NCBI RefSeq assembly: GCF_001194135.2
Contig: NC_068983.1
Coordinates: 106,315,942 to 106,379,941 of the forward strand
Source: Octopus bimaculoides
Taxonomy: Eukaryota
DNA length: 64,000 nucleotides
Reading direction: 5' to 3'
Below are positions 39,552 through 51,250 of this stretch, piece by piece. A program made the translations under genes and the position numbers. The notes beneath the pieces were generated by a model that did not search any database, was not told where the DNA came from, and saw only the letters and a list, made by a program, of their open reading frames with translations. Each line of letters begins with the position of its first letter. Within the stretch, counting starts at the first letter, position 1.

Positions 39552-41017
39552 TTATTTAAAAAATTTCTTTGAGATATCCAAGTCTCATTTTATTTCTATA
39601 ATTTATTTCCATCTTACCAACATTAAAACTGAAACAAGATACCACCAATTAGTCCTACTATTTAAATGGAAAATACTTCAATAGTACAATCTCTTTGAAA
39701 TTTATATCTATTTTATGCTTTGGGATCTATTTCATGCTTTTGTATCCAATGAAACTAACAGTGGTAAAAATCTAATTAAAAGGTAAATGTCATCTGTAAT
39801 TCTGTGCCAACAAGTGTACATTTACTCGGCAATTATATCATCACAAATAAATACAGTGAAGTCTATGTTTTAAGGAAAAGGCCTAATAAGACTGAAAAAT
39901 GTCTAAAGTTGTCATCCATTTTTGCTAAAATATCAAAAGATATTAGTCATTGACTGATATGTTGTTTCTCCACCCCATCACCAGATTTATTACTAGTTAC
40001 TAAATATTCAGTACAAAAGCTACTAAATCTTTGCTGATGAGAAAGTGTATAATCTTGACATTTGACGTTTTGTTTGCTTTTAATGTACCATTTTGTATCC
40101 TGCTTCATAAAACTAAATTAAATATCTCGCTGTCTAGACATTTGTTGATAAGTTTGTTTAGCTGAATATATGTGTGTATGGCTTAACAGTGAAATATGAG
40201 AATCTTTGAAATTTATTCAAAACCTCTATAACGAGTAAAGATGAAGCCTAACCAACAAGGAAACAGTTACATTGCTGCTCAACATTATAGAAACAGCAAC
40301 CAAACTTCCTTCAAATCCTACTTAACTTCAAAAAGAAAAGTGACAGATACATTGAATAATATAGTCCTTAGTCCTACATCTGGAGGGGTTGGAAGAAAGA
40401 ATGATCAATGCTGGAATGGCTTCGATCATAAGAGTCTGTTCAATCAAGCTTGACCTGGTGCTTAACAACAACAAAATAAAGAACAAGAATCATCATCATC
40501 ATCGTCGTTTAACGTCCGCTTTCCATGCTAGCATGGGTTGGACGATTTGACTGAGGACTGGTGAAACCAGATGGCTACACCAGGCTCCAGTCTGATTTGG
40601 CAGAGTTTCTACAGCTGGATTCCCTTCCTAACGCCAACCACTCCGAGAGTGTAGTGGGTGCTTTTACGTGCCACCGGCACAAAGGCCAGTCAGGTGGTAC
40701 TGGCAACGGCCACATAAATCCTCTAGTATTCAGATTATTATCAAATATAATACTTATTTATTCACATAATGCATGATTAATTCAAAACTATCTCATAGCT
40801 GTGAGATATGTCATATGACTCTTTCGGAATGATATTGTAGGATAGGTGTGAGAGGCTGGATCTGACTCATTTGAACATAAAGGAGATAGAATATTTAAGC
40901 CAGACATGGTTAGTTTGAATGCTAAGTGTTAAAAGAACAACTCAATAAAAGTGAAAATATATTTAACACAGAAAATAAATAAATTAGAAGCTAATGAGAA
41001 AAATTTCTTTGTTTTAC

Positions 41018-41211
41018 CTTCAGCTCTTGGCACTGCACTGGAACAGTATGACCGGGTCTTAAAAGAATAACATCACCTTTGACCATCAAGATGATGGGTA
41101 AATCTACTAATACACCATCCCGGTATGTCCACTGTGTGGATATGCAGGGAGACTGGGGATTGTTCTTGTGTAAATAATCTTGAGAATCCCATATTCCATC
41201 CACTAAATTTT
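41018..41211 (-). CDS. TMEM94: TMEM94 coding exon 3 (..QWTYRDGVLVDLPIILMVKGDVILLRPG..)
   Basis: TGTAG| acceptor phase 1, AAG|GTAAAA donor, 194 nt; P-type ATPase actuator-like motif LxxGDxIxLxPG. Confidence 0.93.
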
Positions 41212-41341
41212 CTACAAAAGAGAATTGAAGTCACAACAGAAATTATAACAATTTTACATTTAAACATTCTCGTACAATTCTATATTTCTGAGATGAAAAA
41301 TTTATATTATGTATACTGCTTATATTAGCTGGGTTGGTGTC

Positions 41342-41803
41342 CTCATCTTGATTATCATTTTCACTACGTTTTGGCTGTTGTACTCTCTAGCTTTTTTCAG
41401 GTATCTTGTGTTGTAATTGATTGTTCTATCAGAATTTCAAACCTAACCTTTTCTTTGATCCACTGGGTTACATACACTGCTCTCATTCCACTCTGTGCAT
41501 TTCATGTTTTTTTTTTTTTTTTTTTTTTTCCTTTTCAGTTGAATTAAGTGAATTATCTACTTTGCTATACTCGCAGTAGATTAAGACATTGGTAAATGCA
41601 GTGCAGTCGTCTAGAGGTTCTGAGTTCAATCCCAGGCAAGACACTAAGGTAATTCACTTAATATTCAACTGAAGCAACAAAAAAACAAAAAAAAAAACAA
41701 CATAAAACGCCATTACGTTTGAAACTGAGTTCAATACAAGACACCCGATGAAAGCTAGAGTGTACAACAGCCGAAATGTAGTGAAAGTAACAACGAAGAT
41801 GAG
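41342..41803. mobile_element. Related older palindromic tRNA-head/hammerhead element
   Basis: Inverted outer arms with decayed hammerheads at 41741-41784 (+) and 41361-41404 (-); inner inverted segment; one B-box GTTCAATCC remains. Confidence 0.55.
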
Positions 41804-43053
41804 CACACGAGTCTGACGAATACACACAATACTCTCTTATCTTCTATTTTTAACATTATCACAGATTTTTATTTTGATTTCAGAGAACCAATCATTACCA
41901 CTATGAAAATGCTAACAAAGGAGTAATCTAGGCTTGAAATACAGATCAAACCTCCCTCAATTTACACAATCATTCTAGAAAAGGACACGCAGGATAGTGT
42001 TGGCCTGGGTAAACCATACCTGGTGAAAAGATATGATGGTCATAGCCGGGATGTCTTTGATCGTAGATTTGACCTGGGATAAACAACCTCCCAGTCAACT
42101 TTGGTCTTGGAATTGTTTCTACCAGGTGAAAGGCCAGAAAATTGAGAAGGAAGCTGATTGATTAAATCAACCCTACTAATTGTACTTTATTTGCAGAAAG
42201 ATGAACGGAAAACGTTTAAGTGTTGGAACAAATACTGCAAGGCAATTTTTCTGACACTCTACCAATTCTGCCAGTCTGCTACTTTCTAGGCTTTATGATA
42301 TAAAGGAAAAATATTAGTAGCAATGAATTATCGGCAGCTGACAGAGCTGAAGAAGCAGAGATTAAAATATATTAAGCTTTGATAAAATAGCTAACAGAAA
42401 AGTTGGTATTTTCTCAGCAATACATTATTTAGGCAATCTGTAGTGTCCTAATTGTTGTTAAGTCTCTAGTTGTCTCTGATTGAGATCAGAGGTATTCCTG
42501 CTGTGATCATCATGCCTTTTTAGATGTATGAGGAGTATGTTATACTGTACAGGGTGACCTTTTTTTTTTTACTTAAAACAGTAGGATGTGAGGGAATTGG
42601 CAGCTATTTCTAGCTGGTTGAGTGCTTGCATTGAAGCTCCTTTGCTGGTTTTATAGTACTGTAGTGGACTGTGGTGGTGATGAATTTAAGATAGAAAAAC
42701 CTATTTCATATTACTAACTTTAGAATAGTTTCCTTAGCACATCGGGTGAAATGCTTAGCAGTATTTCACCTGTTTTCACGTTCTGAGTTCAATTGCCACT
42801 GGGGTCAACTTTGCCTTTCATCCTTTTGAGAGTCAATGAAATAAGTACCAGTGAAACATTGGGGTTGATGTAAAAGACTAGTCCCCTCCCCAAAAATTTC
42901 AGGCCTTGTGCCAAAGCAGAAAGGATTATTATTATTAATACAATTATTAATTACTAGTTTTACTGTAGAAGAAATAAAATAGTAAATCTTACAACTAAAG
43001 AAATGAAAAGCATAAGATTATTGCAAAAATGATAAATAGGGATAACTGCTTAC

Positions 43054-43211
43054 CTCGTATCTTGAGCAGAGCTTCTTGAGCAAGCCGGATGGGCTCTCTT
43101 AACACTAAAGTTTGATTCCAGCATACTAAATAGCCATTGAAGATCAGGCTGAAGATTATTAAGATGGCCTCCACTAGCCACCAACGACTTTGATATACAG
43201 GTTTATCTCGG
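43054..43211 (-). CDS. TMEM94: TMEM94 coding exon 2 (RDKPVYQSRWWLVEAILIIFSLIFNGYLVCWNQTL...KIR)
   Basis: TATCAG| acceptor phase 2, G|GTAAGC donor phase 1, 158 nt; hydrophobic TM followed by N-G-x-L as in TMEM94 TM2. Confidence 0.85.
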
Positions 43212-44285
43212 CTGATATAAAACAATAAAAATACATAAACACTTAAGAGAAATAGCAGATAATGTTGAAGACAAAAGAATAAAACATGACATTCTAAAAT
43301 AAAAAAAGTTCTAATTCTAGTTTTTAGCTGTTTCATATTCTGACTGTTAATCAGGGTACAGAATTTCTGTTTACATGCTTGGAAGCTGAGTAGATGAAGA
43401 ATGGGCTCATAGGTGACAAAGACGATGATAGAATGAGGACATCAAAAACTGGGTGGGGAGGAGCCTGGCAAAGTGAATATCAGCAGTATGAGACTTGCAG
43501 TATGTGGTGAAGAGTAGTAATTGTGTTTTAAGCATTCAACCTTTACACAAGATGGGAAGAGTCATTCATTCATTAACTGTTTAGCATTCCAATTGCTTTG
43601 TGAAATGTGATGCTTATTTATTCACATTGTTTTGAATTGACCATGCAGTATCTCATAGCTTTGAGATTTTGATGATGTGACTGTTTATTTTTAAAATGGC
43701 ATTGTAGGGTAGGTGAGAGAGGCCAGATCTGGTTGATCTGAAGATAAAACAGGCAGAATATTTTGGCCAGATTTGGCTGGTTTAAATGCTAAAGGGTTAA
43801 TGTTAAGTTTAAGTTATTTACCCAAACCATATACCGTTGACTCACAGAATATTGGTACCCATGGGAAAAAAAGAAAAAGAAAGAAAAAAAGAGAACACCA
43901 TTACTATCCCAATTCCATAGGATTGCTCATTCTAAATACAGTAACCAAATTCTCACTCAAAATTACACTCCCACCTTAGAAAAAGGACTCTTTGAAATAA
44001 TGTTGCTTGGTTGCAGCATATCTTGGGGAAAAAGTTGGTCATAGCTGGAATCTTCTTAACCCTTTCGTTACTAACCCGGCCGTAGCCGGCCGAGCGTACC
44101 CATTGTTATTTAAATGTATATTTGAACCCAAATCTCGTTAGTACATTCGTTAAAACACCTGATTTCACTTTGCAAACAGTTGAATTATTGTCTCCAACAT
44201 TGTTTGGCGTGATATTTGAATTCAGTGAATTTTGGATGATTTTTTTCCACATTTTTTGCGGCGTTAATTTTTCTCAACTTTGAAG

Positions 44286-44660
44286 ATGGAGAGGAGTTTC
44301 ATGCTATCAAGCAGTGATTCCGAATTTGAAGGTTTTTCAACAGAAGATATGGAGATATCGAAGAAAAGAATGAATGAGCTACAAAAGCACGTGGTGAACG
44401 ATAATAAATTGGATATTTCTGTATCCGAAACTGAAATCAGTGATTCTGAAAGCAGCGACGGCGACAGCGAAGATGATTTTACACCAGAAAAATATTTTAA
44501 AAATATTTTTATTAACAATTTTTCTGAGGAAACAGGGTCTACCCATAGTCTTTCTCAGGAAGCGAAACCTTTAGACTTCTTTTCCATGCTTGTTTGAAAT
44601 GATTACTGCGGAAACAAACCGTTACGCAGAATATAAACAAACCGGAAAAAAAAGATAGCT
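44286..44660 (+). pseudogene. piggyBac transposase 5' fragment (frameshifted)
   Basis: Acidic Ser-rich N-terminus (SSSDSEFEGF...SDSESSDGDSEDD), then KPLDFFSML, and in a shifted frame MITAETNRYAE, typical of piggyBac N-termini. Confidence 0.8.
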
Positions 44661-45343
44661 TNNNNNNNNNNNNNNNNNNNNNNNNNNNNNNNNNNNNNNN
44701 NNNNNNNNNNNNNNNNNNNNNNNNNNNNNNNNNNNNNNNNNNNNNNNNNNNNNNNNNNNNNNNNNNNNNNNNNNNNNNNNNNNNNNNNNNNNNNNNNNNN
44801 NNNNNNNNNNNNNNNNNNNNNNNNNNNNNNNNNNNNNNNNNNNNNNNNNNNNNNNNNNNNNNNNNNNNNNNNNNNNNNNNNNNNNNNNNNNNNNNNNNNN
44901 NNNNNNNNNNNNNNNNNNNNNNNNNNNNNNNNNNNNNNNNNNNNNNNNNNNNNNNNNNNNNNNNNNNNNNNNNNNNNNNNNNNNNNNNNNNNNNNNNNNN
45001 NNNNNNNNNNNNNNNNNNNNNNNNNNNNNNNNNNNNNNNNNNNNNNNNNNNNNNNNNNNNNNNNNNNNNNNNNNNNNNNNNNNNNNNNNNNNNNNNNNNN
45101 NNNNNNNNNNNNNNNNNNNNNNNNNNNNNNNNNNNNNNNNNNNNNNNNNNNNNNNNNNNNNNNNNNNNNNNNNNNNNNNNNNNNNNNNNNNNNNNNNNNN
45201 NNNNNNNNNNNNNNNNNNNNNNNNNNNNNNNNNNNNNNNNNNNNNNNNNNNNNNNNNNNNNNNNNNNNNNNNNNNNNNNNNNNNNNNNNNNNNNNNNNNN
45301 NNNNNNNNNNNNNNNNNNNNNNNNNNNNNNNNNNNNNNNNNNN

Positions 45344-45457
45344 TTTTTTAAAGAAGACTAAGAGAAAAAGATGTTTTATATGACACATTCTACCAGTGTT
45401 CCAAGTTTCAAAGTGTTTCGTTAATGAAAAATGTGGCCCCCGTTTTAAAAAAGATCC
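45344..45457 (-). mobile_element. Second copy of the GGGATC-TIR MITE (one end; remainder in N gap)
   Basis: Near-identical reverse complement of about 19126-19240. Confidence 0.85.
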
Positions 45458-46657
45458 ATTTCCAGTATTATGAACGAGTACAATTTGTGAAGCTAAACCA
45501 ATATTTACATGTGAGAGACACTAGCAGTACCCCCCACCCCACCCAGTACGTGGAGAACTTAGAGACAAAAATTATGCAATAAAATTGATTAAGAACCCTT
45601 TCTTTAATTATGTTCCAAATACCACATTAATATGTTGATAAATAAAAAAGTTATAGGTGTTTAATGAGACTAGTCTAAATTCATGATTATTTTAGAATTT
45701 AATTGAAACTCATTAGGGGTGTATTTTGGTCAGAAATATAGTAACGAAAGGGTTAAACAACAAGTACAGTTGACTTGATTTTAATACTTCCTATGGAACT
45801 TCTAAAAAAATTAGTTTGTGCAAACACCTAACAAAGTGCTTAGCACTTAGTTGTTTGGAAGAAGTACTTGTATTTAGACATGGTTAAAGGGTAGAAACCC
45901 CCACCCCTTCGATCACGAATGACCATGGGATTGCACCTAGAAAGTTCCCCTCTGAGGCACAAGTCTGGTCAAGGTTGTTTATGGAAGATCAGCGGTTGCC
46001 AATGCATACCAGTCTACCTTCTCCATGCCACCGATGTTATCCAAGGGAAAGGCAAAGGCTGATACAGCTTGGCACCAGTGACATCACATCTCATTTCTAC
46101 AGCTGAGTGAACTGGAACAAATTGAAATAAAGTGTCTTGCTCAAGAACACAGCATACAACCCAGTCCAGGAATTGAACTCACTACCTTGTGATTGTGAGC
46201 CTAATGCTCTAGCTACTGACCATGCACCTTCAATGAGGTTATTCACCTAAATATTAACTTAGAATTTATGTTGCTTTAGCTTCCTTGATTTAAGGAGAAT
46301 TATGTAAAGGCATATAGTGGTTAGGGGTTGGGCTCATAATCATAAGTTCGATTCTTGGACTAGGCAGTACAGTGTGTCTTTGAGCAAAGCACTTCATTTT
46401 ACATTGCTCCAGTCTACACAGCCCAAAATGAGTACTGACTGAGTGCTAGTGCAGCCCTCTTCCCGCCCCCTGCTTGTCACATCTGGAATGTTCTGTAGGA
46501 TGAAATGTGGGGCAAAGACCTGTTAGAGTGTCTATGTCTGTTAGATAATTAAATTAAAATTAGATAATTAAAACACAGTGAAAGCATGGTCCATGCTACC
46601 AGGTCATGTTCATAAATGATGGCTATGTTTTTTTTTCTAAAACTATCAAAGAATTGT

Positions 46658-46773
46658 CACTTAATAGTAATAACTATTATGCACTTAATAGTGATAATTA
46701 TTATGCACTTAATAGTGATAATTATTATGCACTTAATAGTGATAATTATTATGCACTTATTAGTGATAATTAT
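46658..46773. repeat. 24-bp minisatellite, about 4.8 units
   Basis: CACTTAATAGTGATAATTATTATG repeated with few substitutions. Confidence 0.95.
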
Positions 46774-47283
46774 CTTAAAAAGCTTTGTAATGTGTTAGAA
46801 TTTCTCTGCAGGTGTCACAATGGTTGACAAATCTTTACTCACCATGACTGGTGAGATTGATATAACAAACAAGCTTCACATACTAACTGGGCCATTCGTC
46901 CTTCCAGAGAGAGTCAATAAAATAAGTACCAGTCAGTTACTGGTACTTATTTTATTCACACACACACACACACACACACATCATCTTAGATGTTTTACCA
47001 AACTCCTCACCTGCATTACTCAATTTTTTTTTGTTTTTGTTTTCAAACATTTATAAAATGTGTGTACATTGCAATACTTCAAACGAGTTACAATCACAAA
47101 CCTAATGTACTGCTTATTTTAATAACACTACCTGGTCCACAGATGTTTTTACCAGAGTTCATTCTATTGGAAGTAATTAGACTAGATCCCCAACATCACA
47201 GTCACATTATAATGACTAAAGCCAGTAAAAGAATATGCAGGCCAATGTCCAAAGGTAAGAAGAAGGCTGGGGGATCTGATCTG

Positions 47284-47495
47284 CGAGGGGGTGCTGAAAA
47301 GTTTCTGGCTTTAAGGGTGTCGTGAAAGGCCTGGTTGGAGGCCTAACCTTTTGAATTCTTTCACAGAACTTAGACAAAACTGAAGGACCACTGCAATAAG
47401 TGTGTGAATCTGAGAGGGGGAATATGTTGAATAAAATAACTGATCCACCTGTATTTTCTTTTACTCAAAGCCAGGAACTTTTCAGCAGCCCCTCA
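47284..47495 (+). mobile_element. Mariner-derived MITE
   Basis: TIR-like ends CGAGGGGGTGCTGAAAAGTTTCTGGCTTT and AAAGCCAGGAACTTTTCAGCAGCCCCTCA followed by TA; interior retains a KCVNL..GEYVE* C-terminal remnant. Confidence 0.75.
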
Positions 47496-50400
47496 TAAAT
47501 GCTTTTAAAAGAGTGAACTCTGATAAAAACATCCATGCATCAGGTGGTACTTTAAAACAAGCAGCATATTAGGCTCAATAAAATAAGTACTAGTAATTGA
47601 CTGGGACTTGTTTTACTGAGCCTCTCTTGAAGGATGAATGGCTAATATGTGAAGCTTGGCATTTGCTATACGAGCCTCACCAGACAAGGTAAAGACTATG
47701 GATTCTGTCTATTCTCCACTGATTGACTCATAAGAACAAGTCAAATCTGTTCTATGCTTTGTTTTAGCTGTAATTAGATTTCATAAATACAGAGAATGTT
47801 TTACTTCCAAAATGTATGAAGTATATGCAGGTATTTTGAAAATACCTCACAAAGTGATGATCATGCCCAGCACAGATTGCCCTTTGGCAAGGTAATAGCA
47901 CCCATTTAGCCACCCTGCCAGGGATGCGGTGAAGTCATAGGACTGCAGCATGGAGGATTGTGAAGAGGTAGTGGAAGAGCTCAACTGAGCCGATGGTGCT
48001 TCTTATGTTGTTGCTGAATGGAGGAATCCTAGAAGATCAAGCCTTCAGGATTACCAAGATCTATTAAGAGAGTAACTGCAACACATCCATAGGGGTGGTG
48101 TCCATGGCTGTATAATCAGCTAATGAAAGATTTGCTATAACTCAAGCTCCCAATTCAAATTCATTATAATGGAGTTGGATGGCAACAAAGAGTCATGGGA
48201 ATCTGCAAAAGCAGCACGACTGGAAAGAGATATGTATGTGAGATGTGAAAAATGAGTATATTTGGGTTAATTCCTTTTACTATTGCTATATTTGATGCTG
48301 TAGTTCTCTACTGCATAATAAATGAAATGAGAAATAGATAAACTTTAAAAACAAGTACTTCTCTAGTACATTGATTTCTCACAACAGAATGGGATTGAGT
48401 TATTGAACTCCAGCATTTGACTGGTAATTATTTTATTAATTCCAGATTAAAGGAAAGACAAAAAAAAAAAGGCTGACCAAGATTTGAAACCAGAATAAAA
48501 AATCATGTAATAACATGTTGCAAGACATCTAGCCTGGCATAACAGATTTCCCTGAACCACCCTTATTTCTCTAATATAGGAGATGTGGGAAAGTTCCCTA
48601 ACTGTATGTCCTGGATGAGCATTAGCAATCAGCCTGTTGAGTCAGTCGACAAAAAAAGGTTTCATGCTACCTATTAATGTTCAATTTGTGTTTCTAGGGC
48701 AGTGTCAGTTCAAGACAATAAGAATTCACAGTGAAGAATCTGCAGCAAAATATCAAAACATGAGGAATAATGAAATCCCTTATTTGAATAATAGTTAAGG
48801 GGTTGGCAACAAGAAGAGCATTCGATCATAAAACCTTTCCTCAAATTACACTCCTTTGAAACCCATGCTAACATAGGAAAACAGACATTAAACAAATGGA
48901 TGATCTACAAGAACCATTGTCAAACAAACTATCAGTTCTCTCACATGACTGGAATCATTTATGGTGTTTGTTATGCAATTCTCACAGAAAACCTGTACAT
49001 GCATCATGCTGATGCAAAGTTTTATCCCTGTATTTGCCTGATCTATTGCCCATATTACTTCGCCATGTTTCCCCAGAATGAAACTGAAGCTACACTGAAG
49101 GAGTAGATGAAATTCAAATGGAATTGCAGGCAGTATTAAATGGCTTTCAATAAAAGGATTTCTGTGATGCTTTGAGATGTGGAAGCTATGCTGGGATTGC
49201 AACACACATTCTCAAGAGGATTATTTCAAAGGAGACAATGTCCAAAATATAAATAATATATGAAATACATTATTTACTGGAGTATTGATGTATTTACCTT
49301 TAGGCCAGATTTGGAAACTTTCTGATACAATCTCATATTAATAATTGAATAGAATCCTATTAAGCCATTCCTGTAATCTTAAGGAAGGCCGAATTATATT
49401 AACAAAGCATTGTTAAAAAATCAAAAGCAACTCATTTCATTACAAGCTTTGTCATTAATAGTGTTAATAAATATAAGCAAAAATTGCTTTCACTATGTTG
49501 AATTAATCAACTAGTATTATCTTCTTGCAACAGTCACAGAAAGCAAAACTTGTTTATACGTGAATAAATGAAGCGCTTTGTCCTCTAAAAAGAAACCTTT
49601 CTTTTCCAATCTTATAAAGAGATTAATCAAATTATCAAGCTCCATTGTATGTGCTTTTATTTACATTTTGTTTTGGCTTATTTTCAAGTGCCATACATAC
49701 ATTTCCTTCAAGTGAGTCAGGAATAGTAGTCAGATCTCACCTATAACATCCTGCCATCTTGAAAAAAAAAACAAAAAAAAAAACACTAGATAATGTTGTC
49801 TAAGGTTACTAGATAAACTATGTCCAAAATTATAACAGGGTGGACAGCTAGAATGGTGGTGATCAAAGGGCTGCTCCATTAGAGCTGACCAGAGGTTAAA
49901 CAATGATAGCAACAACATTTCCCCAGGGATATGGTTGAACCCCCAGCAGATTACTGCTACTCACGATGTCAACCTCTGCTCCATGGGTATTTGTTACTTA
50001 TATCAATAAAGATAAACAAAGTGAACTAAAAATCATGAGTTTACTTATCAGGATACCATACAGATATATAGCTGCTTTTTATCATATTTATGTTTATTTT
50101 TCATGCCAGCATGCATTGGATGAATACTTATTAGCTAGGCATTGTTTTTAAAGCTGGATGCCCTTCCTGTCACTGACCCTCACCTGTTCTTCAAGGGATT
50201 TTAAAATTCCAGTTGTGTTCATTTAGTGCAGAGCTGGTGGATGATATGCTGACAATGAACAACATTGTCTATTGCTCAGTGCAGAACATAAACATTCACA
50301 CTTACACACATATAGACATATGCACATATATATATGTATATATACATACATACACACAGAGACATATGCACACACACACACATATATACATACATACATA

Positions 50401-51189
50401 CATACACAGACACATATGTATACATAAATACACATATACATGCATGCACACATACATATACACACACAAATACACATGCATACATATACACACACATACC
50501 ATCATTTTAACATTCACTTTTCCATGCTTGCATGGGTCGGGCAGATTTTCTATAACTGGATGCCCTTCCTGTTGCTAACCCTCATTTGTTTCCAGACATT
50601 TTCCCCCAGAATACTGGAAATGAAGGATGCTGCTCACATGTTGGTAACATTTGTTTATCACCATCATGAGATGTCTAGACATTGAGACAGTCACACACAC
50701 ACACATCTACACATATGGGTTTCTTTCAATTCCTGTCTATCAAATCTACTCACAAGGTTTTGATCAGCCCAGGGTTATAGTAGAATACACTTGTACAAGG
50801 TGCTATGCTGTGGGATTGAACATGAGATCTTCTGGTTGAGAATTAACCTTCTTACTACACAGCCATGCCTGCACACACACACACACACACACACATGGAT
50901 AGATAGATAGATAGATAGATAGATAGACAAATGCGTATATATAGATATATTTATACTAGACTACCTGTGACCTGTTGGGTCACTAGGAAACAGTTTCCCA
51001 GCAACAGAGTTTTGTTTCACGGGTTTTTTTTTCTTTTCCAGGTTATTTCTTCCCTTTCAGGATGAAGTTAAATTCGGAATATTTTCCCACTATGAACCAT
51101 TTTGGGTATTTATACCCCCAAACCCCGAATATCTCAATAATTGGATTTGGTTTGCAAGATTCTTTATGTGAGTTCGTATGTTGAAGCAT

Positions 51190-51250
51190 ATTTTAGGAAA
51201 ATAAAAATAAGGAATAATGAAAATTTTAGGAAAATAAAAATAAGGAATAA
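51190..51250. repeat. 33-bp-period tandem duplication
   Basis: ATTTTAGGAAAATAAAAATAAGGAATAA occurs twice, 33 nt apart. Confidence 0.9.

Larger units (their letters stand above)
44060..45752 (+). mobile_element. piggyBac-superfamily element, internally deleted or gapped
   Basis: TTAA on both flanks; perfect TIR CCCTTTCGTTACT / AGTAACGAAAGGG; transposase N-terminal remnant. The interior includes a 682-N gap, so the two ends could belong to different copies. Confidence 0.75.

Noticed and set aside
46658-46773. CRISPR-like array
   Set aside because: Contiguous tandem units without unique spacers, in a eukaryotic intron.
47850-48240. Possible RTE-like LINE remnant
   Set aside because: Higher GC and faint similarity, but no motif I could read with confidence.
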